A DNA stretch of 64,000 nt from NCBI GenBank assembly GCA_964252035.1, contig OZ176205.1. One strand, given 5' to 3'. The first letter of the stretch is position 1, and each line of letters opens with the position of its first letter. Below the pieces are notes generated by a model. That model did no database searches. It saw nothing but the letters and a program-made list of their open reading frames with translations, and was not told where the DNA came from. Position numbers and translations under genes: made by a program. Source of the stretch: Podarcis erhardii. Its lineage: Eukaryota. This document shows positions 49,729 through 61,445 of the stretch, in pieces.

Positions 49729-50752
49729 TTCCACCAGTGTGTTTGCACCATGCTGACCTCAGCACCTCCTCACCCCTTTGCCTTACCTCCCAGTAAGCAT
49801 TGCAACCAGCTGGAGGTCATATTGTCCTCTACTGGTTGGCCTGCTGGAGTTATGTTGCCACTTAACACACTTGAATGAAGCTTGATTGGAAACAGTTGCA
49901 TTTCCATTTGCAAATAAGTGTGTGCATGTGCAAAATGCTACCTACCCATTTACATGCCCATACATCTTCAAAGCTATTGATTCTCAGTCAACATCTACCT
50001 TAGCTTCTCTATCCCAGCTCCTATCCTTCTGTTGCAACTTGGAGCCTGGAGCTCATTTTCTTTGTGCAGCCTTTTCTGTTAAAGGTCTAACTAAATCAGG
50101 AATGTTTGATGAGACAAAAGGAATCTGCCACTGCGGCTGCTTAAATTATACAGTACTCAAAGCATATCTGAAGACCCGGCTCCAGGCAAACAAATAACGG
50201 TGTGATGTGGAAGCTTCAAGATAACAATCAGAGTAATAGCTTTTGATTCGAACTTGCTTTAGTTGCTTTTAGAACAGCAAGTAAAACCGGAGAAATGTGC
50301 TCCTATCAGATGACTGTCCTTTGAGGGTTTGTAAGTGATACAAAAAGGATTTGTGTAATTTCCAAGAGTGTTTGGAGGGTGGTGGCGGAAATCAGTAGGT
50401 TCTATCAAGTCTGTACTATTTGACCCTTTGCTTTCCTTCTGACATTAGATAGATATCTAATGTACTTTTAATCTGCACATCAGAGAAACTTTGGAGTGCA
50501 TTTTAATGCAATCCACTCAATGAGATGCTCGGTTTCTGATGCACATTAGGGTTGTGGAGTTTGGGCAGGCAGGCATGAATTCAGCGACATACGCTCCCAT
50601 GCTTCCTTATTCTACCAAAGAGTGTCTCAGTAGACCCACACTGACTTGAGGAATCCTGCAAAGTGTAGCAATGAACATTAGCCCAATCTATGCTATTTTG
50701 TGATCTGTTTGAGACAGGTTTACTTGTTTTTATAATTGTAGCTGTTGTATTT

Positions 50753-50875
50753 GAATCATAGAAGAGTTGGAAGACACCACAAGGATCATCCAGTCCAACC
50801 TTCTGCAATGCAGGGATCTTTCACCCAATGTGGGATGACCTATGACCCTGGGATTAAGAGTCTCATGCTCTACTG
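50753..50875 (-). mobile_element. CR1 extreme 3' end
   Basis: GAATCATAGAA...GGATCATCCAGTCCAACC.TCTGCAATGCAGG is the reverse complement of the 44515 terminus. Confidence 0.7.
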
Positions 50876-51115
50876 ATCACTCTACTGACTGAGTGATCCT
50901 CTGTTTGTTTTATAATGGTATGCTAGAGTGTTGTAATCCATTCTAGGACCTTATGGGAAAGGCTGGGTAAGATATACAGTACTGTATATAAATAAATGGC
51001 TTTTAAAAGGATTAGGCAGATACATGGAAGATTTAGTGGTACAGTTTGATTCAGGACTTAATGGTCTCTCCCTCTTCACTGGGTTGTGCATTTTACTTCA
51101 CAATGTTGTAGGCCA

Positions 51116-51784
51116 TTTTTATACATCTTTCCTAATTTTGCCGGAGATGTATAAAAATGCCGATAATAGCTGTTGGAGATGTAAAGGCAAGATTGGGACC
51201 TTTTTTCATATCTGGTGGACCTGTGATGTAGTGAAGGAATTCTGGGGAAAGGTGTATGACGAATTGAAAAAAATTCTGAAGTACAGCTTCCCGAGAATAC
51301 CTGAGTTGTTCCTCTTGGGCATGACTGGTGAGGAAATAAAAAAACCGGATCAAACTTTCTTTCAATATGCCATAGCCGCTGCGAGGATCTTGATTGCGCA
51401 AAAATGGAAATCCCCTGACATGCCCACGATTGGAGAGTGGCAAGTGAAGCTATATCAATATATGGAATTGGCGAGATTAACTCAGAAAATTAGGCAAAAT
51501 AATACAACGAAACTTAAAGATGAATGGAAGAATTTTTTAATTTATATTGAGAATAATATGGGAATTAGCAATATAACAGCAGACGATAATTGATACCTTC
51601 GATGTACTATGCTATTGTAAGTTCTACTGCGGAGATTGTATCATGGTTATGGTTATGTAATCCTAAACCAAGCTGGATGGAAGTTGGTTTTATCGTTTTT
51701 TTTCTATTTTCTTTTCTGTTTTGGTGAATTTTGTTCTCTGCTATCTTTTCCTTTTTCTTTTTTGTAACTACTTTTTCTAAATAA

Positions 51785-51819
<35 letters not shown>
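51116..51819 (+). mobile_element. Young 5'-truncated L1 LINE (open ORF2 C-terminus with CCHC motif, 3' UTR, polyA)
   Basis: Perfect 16-bp TSD ACAATGTTGTAGGCCA (51100-51115, 51820-51835); CWRC...GTFFHIWWTC; frame open to TGA at 51593; AATAAA plus about 30 A. Confidence 0.95.
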
Positions 51820-51821
<2 letters not shown>

Positions 51822-52793
51822 AATGTTGTAGGCCAGCTCTGCTGCATTTGCAGGCCCTCCTACTCATTCTTCTGGGTCCAGGGCCCTACAATGATGGTGC
51901 CAGTAGACTGCCAAGTGCTGTTAGCTATGAGAGCTCCATGGAATTTCCAGGTTCAGAGGCCAAGTGACTCAGAGTATAGGATTCTTGGGGAGGAAGAAAC
52001 TAAAGAAGGGCAGTTGCATTAATGCTTATGAGCTTTCTGCTTAATGCTTATGAACTGCCTTCTGGTTGGTCACTGTTGGCCCAAGAAAGGTGGACTAGTT
52101 TGTTGTTTGGTCTAATGCAGCAGGCCTCTACTTGTGTAACCTCAGCATCACACCATGAAATTTGGGGAATTAATTGTTCCTTAGTCCATGCTAACAGAAA
52201 CAAGCAAAATGCTAGAGGAACATGCAGCTGTGATTTGTGTTGCATTTTTAATTCATAAGTGAAAAGTCTTGTAAATTTTTGCACCAATGCTGTTAATATT
52301 TTATGTAGTAAAGTAATGGCAAAATATTTCCTAATATTATATGTCAGCAATAAAGACCTTGCAAATCAGACTGCCCCTATACTGCTATTAAATGAGTGTT
52401 TATCTCTTGTTATTAATTTATACCTCCATGTAATGAAAGGGCAGTTTATATCATAAGAAGACATATAGCTGTTGTGCTGTTTATGCTTTAGTAATAATTA
52501 TGCTGCATTTTTTTTTTTAATGTTCAGATATGTAGACCTCTATTATATTGGGTGAGGAAGTGCTAGATGAATTATGGGCTTATTCTTCTGTTCAATTACT
52601 CCATTTTAATAATCTCATTAGCATGAATCTTGTTTACATGTAGAACAAAATTTAAGGGATGATGGTGATGATCATCATAGTAAGGATAAAGAGATGGTTT
52701 GCAGGAATTGGAAGCCTTATCAAAGATCAAAGATCACCAAAAAAACCTGCTGGGCCCACGTATTAAATAAAGCACTAGCTAGATTCCATAAAA

Positions 52794-53139
52794 GGGATGT
52801 GGGTGGTGCTGTGGTGTTAACCACAGAGCCTAGGGCTTGCTGATCAGAAGGTTGGCGGTTCGAATCCCTGCGACGGGGTGAGCTCCCGTTGCTCAGTCCC
52901 AGCTCCTGCCAACCTAGCAGTTCAAAAGCACATCAAAGTGCAAGTAGATAAATAGGTACCACTCTGTGCGCTGCTCTGGTTTCGCCAGAAACGGCTTAGT
53001 CATGCTGGCCACATGACCCAGAAAAACTGTCTGCGGACAATAGTCAGCTCCCTCGGCCAGTAAATTGAGATGAGCGCCACAACCCCAGAGTCGTTGGCAA
53101 CTGGACTTAACTATCAGGGGTCCTTTACCTTTACCTTTT
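52794..53139 (+). mobile_element. Sauria SINE, full length
   Basis: tRNA-like head with GGTTCGAATCCC; (ACCTTT)n tail. Confidence 0.95.
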
Positions 53140-53831
53140 AGCTTCTATAAGGAACATAAGAGGCAGAGGTTATCTTGATCCTGGATGGGCCATGTTGAAG
53201 GCAGAAGCTTTACCTACAAAAAAGACAAAAAGACATATTAAACAATCCCCCAAGCAGTGTCTAATTTTAACTTCACTTTGGGGGCTTAGTTTTGCATTTT
53301 AGAAAGTAACAGCTGCTGGAGACTAAATGCAGGATGCTATTCAAACACTGTACATATAGCCAGAGCACAGTGGTGCAGCACATTATTTGAATATAAATGG
53401 GCCCAGGTTCAATCTCGCAGGTAACAGAGCTGAGAATATTCACTGCTTAAGATCCAGGACATTCACAACCAATCAAAGAAACCCTAAACTGTAACAACAA
53501 CAACAAGAACAGGGGATCATCACATGTTGCAATGTTCTTTTAAGGTGCACATTAGAGCCGAATCCAGGATTTCTTATTAGGACTTATATAAAAAGATGGG
53601 GTGGGGAGAACAATCATGAGCATGCTAGCTCTGCAAACTCCCCTGGTCCCTCTGCATGTTCCAGGGAGGCTGTTTGCAGAGGAGATTTCTGCATTTTTAA
53701 TCAATCAATCAATTAAATTTCTATACCACCCTTCATCCAAGGTTCACATGGCAGTTTACAATATAAAAACACAAAAAAATATACAACAAAGTAACAAATA
53801 AAACAATATCCCCCCAATTTAAAAGGTCATA

Positions 53832-54820
53832 AAGTGGTACCTCGGGTTACATACGCTTCAGGTTATAGACTCCACTAACCCAGAAATAGTGCCTCGGGTT
53901 AATTACTTTGCAGTGGCGTGGTGGCAGTGGGAGGCCCCATTAGCCAAAATGGTGCTTCATTAGCCAAAATGGTGCTTCAGGTTAAGAACAGTTTCAGGTT
54001 AAGAACAGTTTCAGGAATTAGCAGCTTTTGGAATTAGAACATTTGTGCAGGAGAGCAGGGGAAAAAAAAAGGAGGAGAGGGATTAACAAGAACAACAAGA
54101 ACAACAAGAATTGGATAAAGTGGGAACATTTGGGACATCCAGATTTGAAAAGTCTAAGAAATAAAATTGGAGTTTTTACTCCTTAAAATTGGAGTTTTTA
54201 CTCCTAAATATAAAAATCTGGATGGAAGAAATGGGCCTTTTTGAGATAGACTCCTTCCAAAATTGGACATTCGAAACTAAAGATGACTGGTAAAGGACTA
54301 TGGCCTAGATAGATGTGGGAGCTCCAGGAAGACATCAGACGTTGATGAACATTGGGAACGCAACCGGGAAAGGGGGGAGGGAAATTTGGAATCCAAAGGG
54401 TGTAAAATTATATTTGATTATCTTAATTATATTTTTACAATTTTATTTTAATTAATTATATTTGATTATTTTAATCTGTATTGTATATTAAAGGAGGGAA
54501 CGCGCGGAAGGGAACAGGTCGATTTTAGGGGATGGGAAAATATTTTTAAAACTGGGCTAATGATAATAAGTTCAAAATCTGGGATAAGAATTTGCTGAAT
54601 TCATTTGTAAGAATTGGAATACAAGAGGGGGAGGGGAGGGGAAGTCCTGGAAAGATGCTACTGAAAATAAGATTTTAAATTGGGATGTTTTGTTCTTTTT
54701 ATTTTTATTTTTTTGTAATTGGAAATTTCTAATAAATATTATTAAAAAAAAAAAAAGAACAGTTTCAGGTTAAGAACAGACCTCTGGAACAAATTAAGTA
54801 CTTAACCCGAGGTACCACTG
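53832..54820. mobile_element. Tc1/mariner MITE (family of 1508 and 19328), interrupted by an L1-type insert
   Basis: GTGGTACCTCGGG ... CCCGAGGTACCACTG termini; 20-bp internal tandem duplication CATTAGCCAAAATGGTGCTT. Confidence 0.88.
54016..54754 (+). mobile_element. L1-type retroposon 3' fragment (UTR-like, polyA)
   Basis: 15-bp TSD AAGAACAGTTTCAGG (54001-54015, 54755-54769) at a TT/AAGA site; AATAAA plus A tail; no recognisable ORF. Confidence 0.8.
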
Positions 54821-54885
54821 AATATTGTTTAATCAGCCAAAGGCCTGGTAAAAGAGGAATGCTTTTGCCTGATTAGGTAAGATAT

Positions 54886-55123
54886 AACAAAAAATTCCTT
54901 CCAGTAGCACCTTAAAGACCAACTAAGTTAGTTCTAGGTATGAGCTTTCGTGTGCATGCACACTTCTTCAGATTCGTGTGCATGCACACTTCTTCGTATC
55001 TGAAGAAGTGTGCATGCACACGAAAGCTCATACCTAGAACTAACTTAGTTGGTCTTTAAGGTGCTACTGGAAGGAATTTTTTGTTTTGACTATGGCAGAC
55101 CAACACGGCTACCTATCTGTAAC
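54886..55123 (+). mobile_element. Penelope-like element fragment with an inverted 5' duplication
   Basis: 12-bp TSD TAGGTAAGATAT (54874-54885, 55124-55135); perfect 88-bp inverted repeat. Confidence 0.9.
54996..55033 (+). ncRNA. Minimal type I hammerhead ribozyme motif (mirror copy with a stem I mismatch on the minus strand at 54938-54975)
   Basis: Same GUAU-CUGAAGA...GAAAGCUC-AUAC core as 25850. Confidence 0.8.
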
Positions 55124-55315
55124 TAGGTAAGATATGTAATGAAGGTGCCAGGCAAGCATCCCTGTGGAGAGCATTCCACAAACGGGAAGCTACTACAGAA
55201 AAGGCCTATTCTCATATTGCCACCCTCTGGACCTCTCATGGAAGAGGCACATGAAGAAGGACCTCAGATAATGATTGCAGGTCCAGGTTGATTCATATGG
55301 AGAGAGGGAGTCCTT

Positions 55316-56068
55316 TAAAAACACACACACACATTTATTTGAAAGTTACAATACAATACATTTTCAATCATGTATCCCCCCTCCACAGACACCTCTGTGA
55401 TTATGGTGGCATTAAAATACCCTGTTCTTCAATATAAGAAGAAAAAGGAGACCAGATTGTGTCAAAGGTTTTTTTTTTTTTTTTGAGATGCCTTTGATTG
55501 GTTGCCAATGGTATGTGAGGAATTCTGATAGAGCAATGCCCCAGATGTTATTAACCCAAGCCTCTGTTGGTATTTTAGAAGTTTCCTTCCATCGTTGGGC
55601 AATAACTAGTCTAGCTGCTATGAACAGGATGGAAATTCTTTAGATTTAAGGGTAGAATTTGTGGTCAAATCTAATGATAATAAGGCAAGTGCCGAATTAG
55701 AAGGGATAGATTGTTTAGTGATTTTGGAGGTCAGATTAAAAACTTTCCCCCAAAAGGTGTGGACCATGTTACACTCCCACCAAACATGAAAATAGGAACC
55801 CAGTTCTCCACAGCCTTTCCAACATAATGGTGAGCTTGAAGGATTTATCTTTGCAAGGCATGTGGGGGTTCAATGCCACTGAAAGATCATTTTAATGGAA
55901 ATTTCCTTGAGGCAAGCCAAAATTGTTTTTAAAGATGAATTTTGCCATATTGATTCCCATGCTTCTTCACTTATTGAAATTCCTATGTCAGTTTTCCATC
56001 TCATTTGGATATCTTCTGTGTTTCCCATGAAGCTGTCTAATATCACTGAGGCCTAGCCATGACGCAAA
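55316..56068 (-). mobile_element. 5'-truncated L1 LINE, decayed
   Basis: Minus strand CWKGCGELGSYFHVWWEC zinc-knuckle motif; imperfect flanking repeat ATGGAGAG..GG.GTCCTT. Confidence 0.85.
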
Positions 56069-56262
56069 ATGGAGAGGGGGTCCTTGAGGTATAAAGGTTA
56101 TACCTGAGGTCCTGAGTTAGTTAAAGCTTTATAGGTCAGCACTTTGAATTGAGCCTGGAAATTCATTGGCAGGCAGTGCATTCGGACCAGGAATGGTGTT
56201 ATGTGCTCAAAGGTTTTTGCAAGAAGCCTTCCCTAAAACAATGCATTTTTGTGCGTGGTCCC

Positions 56263-56263
56263 A

Positions 56264-56315
<52 letters not shown>
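56263..56315 (+). repeat. (TATC)n microsatellite
   Basis: About 13 units, direct reading. Confidence 0.95.
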
Positions 56316-56376
56316 CCATTGGGTTTTTTGGTTGAAGAACTGCATTGCAAAATTCAGAGGGGGTGAATTTCATATA

Positions 56377-56620
56377 CAGTGGACGTTCGGGTTGCGAACC
56401 TGATCCGTGTGGGAGGCACGTTTGCAACCCACAACGCCGCATCTGCACACACACGGGTTGCAATTCAGCGCTTCTGCACATGCGTGAAGCACGATTTAGA
56501 TTTTCTGCGCATGCGCAAGCGCTGAAACCTGAAAGTAACCCATCTGGTACTTCCGGGTTTCAGCAGGTCCATAACCCGAAAAAACGCAACCTGAAGCGTC
56601 TGTAACCCAAGGTATGACTG
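56377..56620. mobile_element. Tc1/mariner-type MITE
   Basis: TA flanks; CAGTGG...GGGTTGC / GTAACCCAAGGTATGACTG termini; related to 58665-58916. Confidence 0.8.
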
Positions 56621-57959
56621 TACTGGTTCAGGAAATGCAAATTAAGTAGGCTCAGATGAATTTCTCTCCCATACTTAAACAACCGGAAAAACAAAGACCC
56701 TTATAACTAGCTTCTGGCGCTGCTGAGGTGCTTGGATTGAGCTCTGCTATCTGAGCCAGCCTCCCACCAAAGGAGCAAGCAGGTGGGAGGCACAATGATG
56801 GTTTCAGGTCAGAGAGCCCTGAGATCGGGTGCTCTTCCAAGTGTAGAGATGATTCTCTGGAAGCTGACTTGGCTGCACTGCTGTTGTGTGATGGCATCAG
56901 GCCTGACTATCATGCTCTCTCCACTTTCTGCTGTGAGCAGTTGACCTGAGGACATGCTGATGTCTCCACCACTCTGCAGAACCCCACTAGCAGGGGTTGG
57001 GTGTTTAGATTTCACCCTCAGTTGCACACACACCTCCCTCGAGGCAAAGCTGACTTTTGCTTGAGGAATTATTCTGTGCAACAAAACTGACTGCATTTTA
57101 AAAAAAACTTGATGCTTATTAGTTGCCGAATTTGGAGTGGGCCATTCCCTCGCTGTTTTATAAACCAATAGCGGAATGCACAGATTAAAAACAACACTGA
57201 TTGGATATGGCAGTCAAATAGGTACATGGTGCAAAGCAGCAATCATCCTAGAACAAAACATTCCTGCCACACACTTCTTAACTAGGTACAGCTCCTGCTG
57301 TTTTTCCCATTTTCAAAAAAAGTTCATCAGCAGGTGAACTGGAATTCAGAAGAAGAAAAAATTAAAGACCATTTTTATTTGCATATGTTGCAGGAAGGAA
57401 CACGGGGAATAAGAGTCAGTCCCAATAAAAAGCACAACTGATGTGTGAATGTGAACAAAAGAAGGCATTTATTTGCAAAGTTCTTGTAAATGTATTATTA
57501 ATGCAGAAGAGAGAATGCACAAGAACAAACCCACAGGCATCAGACTTCTCTCTCTTGGCATTACATCTCCACCTACGAGTGCTCTGATCTTCCTTCTTGT
57601 CTGGCTGCTAAGGATTTTGTGAAATAGCTGGTTCAAATATATACATTTCATATTCAACATTCCCCCCTTGCATTCATATTATGCAGTTTTTACCCACCAT
57701 AGAAGGGCCTTGATGTGCAGCTGTATGTGCAGAGGCACTGTTTATGCAAAGCACTGTACCTTTCCTTGTGGGGTTTGAGTTCAGTGTCACTGCGATGCCA
57801 GGTGGTTGACACCAAGTCTGCAGGGAGTGGGGGAGACAAGGATGTGGCCCACTGACACTCAGTTGCTCCTACGGGAGGCAGCGATGACCGCCAACTTGGA
57901 TGGCTTAAAAAGAGAATTGGACAAATTTATGGAAGAGAACATTATTAGGCCCAATGGAG

Positions 57960-58222
57960 GTGGTGGAACCAACAGTAGCTCGCTGTGACTTATTTGCAAA
58001 GCATTTTGAGGATAAAATCACTTGCATCCACCAAGATCTTGACTCTGCTGTTATAACAGATGAATCTCATGGGGTGTTCAGAACACAGTCTAGTCCTGTT
58101 GTGTTGAATGAATTGCAATTGGTAAGGTTCAAGGAAGTGGACATGGTGCTCAGAGCGGTCAGGGCAACTACTTGCACTCTAGACCCTTGCCCCTCTTGGC
58201 TGATAAAAACCAGCAGGGAGGG
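57960..58222 (+). mobile_element. L2 ORF2 internal fragment, between two CR1 3' pieces (57868-57950 +, 58232-58330 -)
   Basis: CDLFAKHFEDKI..I...RATTCTLDPCPSWLIK is the L2 pre-RT motif; the neighbouring NLDGLKRELDKFMEE is a CR1 C-terminus. Confidence 0.8.
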
Positions 58223-58535
58223 AAAAGCTGGCAGCACTCTCCCTTCTACTGGTTTCCAGCAACTGGTGTTCAAAGCATTACTGCCCTTGACCCTGGAAGC
58301 AGGATACAGCCATCATGGCTAGTAGCCATTGCTGTTTGGTTTCCCACAGGCAATTTGTTGGCAACTGTAAGAATCAGGAGGTGGGCCTTTGATTTCATCC
58401 ATCTGCCTCTGAACTGACGAATCTGTCAAATCTATCAATTTCAGCTCTTTCAGTTTCTCATCTTTCTAATCTTAAATTCAGCTACCCAATTCCCCACAGG
58501 AACTTGCTAATGTTACAAGAAGTCCTCGTGAAAAT

Positions 58536-58662
58536 CTGAAGAAGTGTATCTGAAGAAGTGTGCATGCACACGAAAGCTCATACCAATGACAAACTTAGGT
58601 ACTACTGGAAGGACTTTTTTATTTTGTTTTGGCTACGGAAGACCAACACAGCTACCTACCTG
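58536..58662 (+). mobile_element. Penelope-like element terminal fragment
   Basis: 10-bp TSD TCGTGAAAAT (58526-58535, 58919-58928) encloses it and a MITE inserted at its 3' TA. Confidence 0.8.
58546..58583 (+). ncRNA. Minimal type I hammerhead ribozyme motif
   Basis: Same core as 25850 and 54996. Confidence 0.8.
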
Positions 58663-58664
58663 TA

Positions 58665-58916
58665 CAGTGGTACTTCTGGATATGAACGGGATCCGTTCCA
58701 GAGCCCCATTTGCATCCTGAAGTAAATGTAAGACACGACTGTGCGTGCGTGGGTCACGTTTTGCTGCTTCTGTGCATGCGCGTGACGTCATTTTGAGCGT
58801 CTGTGCATGAGCGAGCAGCGAAACCAAGAAGTAACGTGCTCCATTACTTCCGGGTCACCACAGAGTGCAACCTGAAAATACTTAACTTGAAGCTACTTCA
58901 ACCCGAGGTATGACTG
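58665..58916. mobile_element. Tc1/mariner-type MITE
   Basis: TA flanks (58663-58664, 58917-58918); CAGTGGTAC ... GAGGTATGACTG termini. Confidence 0.8.
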
Positions 58917-60290
58917 TATCGTGAAAATTTGTTAGCATTTTAGTGCTAATTTCTCCCAATAAACACATTTTGTATGCAATTTTGACTGTTATAACCTATT
59001 GCAAGAAATCATCTCAACTATAATGCATTTTGTACATTATTTTCACAAATATATGCACAATTTTCCCCAATATATTTATTCCCCCCCCCCAGTGTTTGGA
59101 GAAGAACTGTGTTGCAAAATTCAAAGAATAGTTGTGTTTCAGTTCACGTTGTGGTTTGAGTAGTACAAATTAGGTGGCTCTTTAGTAAAATACAAAAGTA
59201 CCATAAACCTTGCCCTATGCTCCTCATTGTCCTCAGGTATGGTGGAGGAAGCTGTCTCATAACCATATTCAGTGCATGCCAGTCCACTCATCTTCTGTAC
59301 TTAGAATGCAGAATGTACTGTGGAATTTAGTCTCGTCCTGTTTGCAGTTTACTCTCATTTTTGCGCATTCCTGAAATTTATGGTTCTTTTTTTAATTGCA
59401 TGTGCCTGAACTAGTAGCATAGGTTGGAAAAGACGTTCTACTTCCCATTATGGAAATGTGCCCCAAGGAATTAGTCTAAAATTCAATTAATGAACTCATG
59501 TATAATTAGTCATGAACTGCAGTCTGATCTCTCAACCATAGTCCAGTTCCATGTTCTCAGCAAAAGAAAAATGTTTACTTATTTCTCTGTGGGCAAAAGA
59601 TGACTTCATAAAAAGTGTTAAGAAAGGTTGTATGGTGTGGTTTTTTCCTTCATTCCTCTGAAAGGCAGCGTAGTTGAGAGGAAGGAAAGAAGTTTAATTG
59701 CTGCTAGGTTCCATTATAATTCCAAATATGTTTGGCATATTCTAATTCAAAGGGGAAAATAAAAAAAATAAAAAATTGCTAAGTTATTTCCAGAATAAAC
59801 TTTTGAAAACTTTGTGGTGATGAAATGTCAGTTTTGCTAAGGGAATCAACAATTCCCCTCAAATTGCCCCCCTTGTTCTTTTCAGTGATAAATGCTCCCT
59901 CCAAGCAATTCTTGAACAATGAAATGGCAAAGAGCTTATTTGAATACTATTGTATCACATTTCATTGACACAAAGAGAGATGAAAGCATTTAATACCTTG
60001 TACTCTCCACAATTTCATTATAACAGAACACTCCTTCCTGTGTCAGGAAACCAATGCGTTATGAATAAATGGCAAACGAGGCTCCATGTCTCCTAACAAC
60101 TTTCAACATCCTTATCAAACTGCAACTCCCAGCATTACTTTGGCAAAGCCATTGCTGTTACAGTGGTATAGGAGTGCTTTAAATGTATGATTATTTATTA
60201 TGATGATTAATTACTTATCATTATGTATTATGTATTATTTATTATTAATTATTATGATTAGTGTATGAATTATTATTATTATTATTATTA

Positions 60291-61445
60291 ATCAGAGAAT
60301 CAGAAGTCCATCTAGTCCTACCCTGTGCCATGCAGGAATCATCGCTAAATAATCCCTTACCGGTGGACATCCAACCTCTCTTTAAAAACCTCCAATGAAG
60401 GAGTGTTCACCACCTTCCATGGTAGTCCATTCCGCAGTCAAATGGCTCCCACCATCAAAAAGTTATGTTTAGTCAGAATCCATTTAAATTGAATCCGTTC
60501 ATTCAGGTCCTTCCTACCCTCTGGAGCAGCAGAAAACAAACTCACTGCATCTTCCATGTGGTATGCAAGGCCTCTCATTTTTCTCTTCTCCAGGCTAAAC
60601 ATACTCAGCTTCCTTAACCATTCCTCATAGATCTTGGCTTCCAGACCCTTTATGTCAGGGGTCAGCAAACTTTTTCAGCAGGGGACAGGTCCACTGTCCC
60701 TCAGACCTTGTGGGGGGCTGGACTATATATTTTTTAGGGGGAGGGGAATGAACAAATTCCTATGCCCCACAAATAACCCAGTGGTGCATTTTAAATAAAA
60801 GCACACATTCTACTCATGTAAAAACACCAGGCAGGCCCCCAAAATAACCCAGGGATGCATTTTAAATAAAGGACACATTCTACTCATGTAAAAACATGCT
60901 GATTCCCAGACCATCCGTGGGCCAGATTTAGAAGGTGATTGGGCCGGATCCAGCCCCCAGGCCTTAGTTTGCCTACCCATGCTTTATGTCCTTGGTCTCC
61001 CTCTTCTGCACACATTGCAGTTTGTCAATATCCTGCTTAAACCCAGAGCTGGAGACTACACTGCAGGTTCCCACCTGACCAAGGCAGAATAGAGTGATAC
61101 TATTACTTCCCTTGATCTGTACACTGTACTGCTGTTGATGCAGCCTAGAATTTTTGCTGCTGCATCACTCTGTTGACTTATGTCAAGCTTGTGGTCTACC
61201 AAGACCCCTAGATCCTTTTCACATGTACTGCTGTCAAGCCAAGTGTTCCCCATCCTATATTTGTGCATTTGGTTATTCCTGCCTAAGTGCAGAAGCTTAC
61301 ATTTGTCTCTATTGAAATTCATTTTGTTATTTTTGGTGCAGATCGCCAATCTGTTAAGATCATCATGAATCCTGATTCTGTCTTCTGAGGTATTAGCTAC
61401 CGCCTGCCAGTTTTGTGTCATCTGCAAATTTGATGAGCATCCCCC
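60291..61445 (-). mobile_element. CR1 LINE 3' fragment with RT motif, interrupted by a hAT MITE
   Basis: Minus strand KFADDTKL, then MNFNRDKCKLLHLG...EKDLGVLVDHKL; CR1 tail at 60291. Confidence 0.92.
60656..60981. mobile_element. hAT MITE
   Basis: Perfect 8-bp TSD CTTTATGT (60648-60655, 60982-60989); CAGGGGTCAGCAAAC / GTTTGCCTACCCATG ends; internal ~60-bp tandem duplication. Confidence 0.92.

Larger units (their letters stand above)
53699..56210 (-). mobile_element. Old L2 LINE 3' fragment hosting nested insertions
   Basis: (TTGA)n tail at 53699; L2-like GCATTCCACAAACGGGA.GC.AC.ACAGAAAAGGCC and AAAGCTTTATAGGTCAGCAC segments resume between the inserts. Confidence 0.7.

Noticed and set aside
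49335-49878. Cluster of overlapping 80-165 aa ORFs on both strands
   Set aside because: GC-rich LTR R/U5 plus MITE sequence poor in stop codons; not conserved in the paralogous LTR
56759-56791. 10-bp perfect hairpin GCCTCCCACC/GGTGGGAGGC
   Set aside because: Too short for a pre-miRNA and has no supporting context
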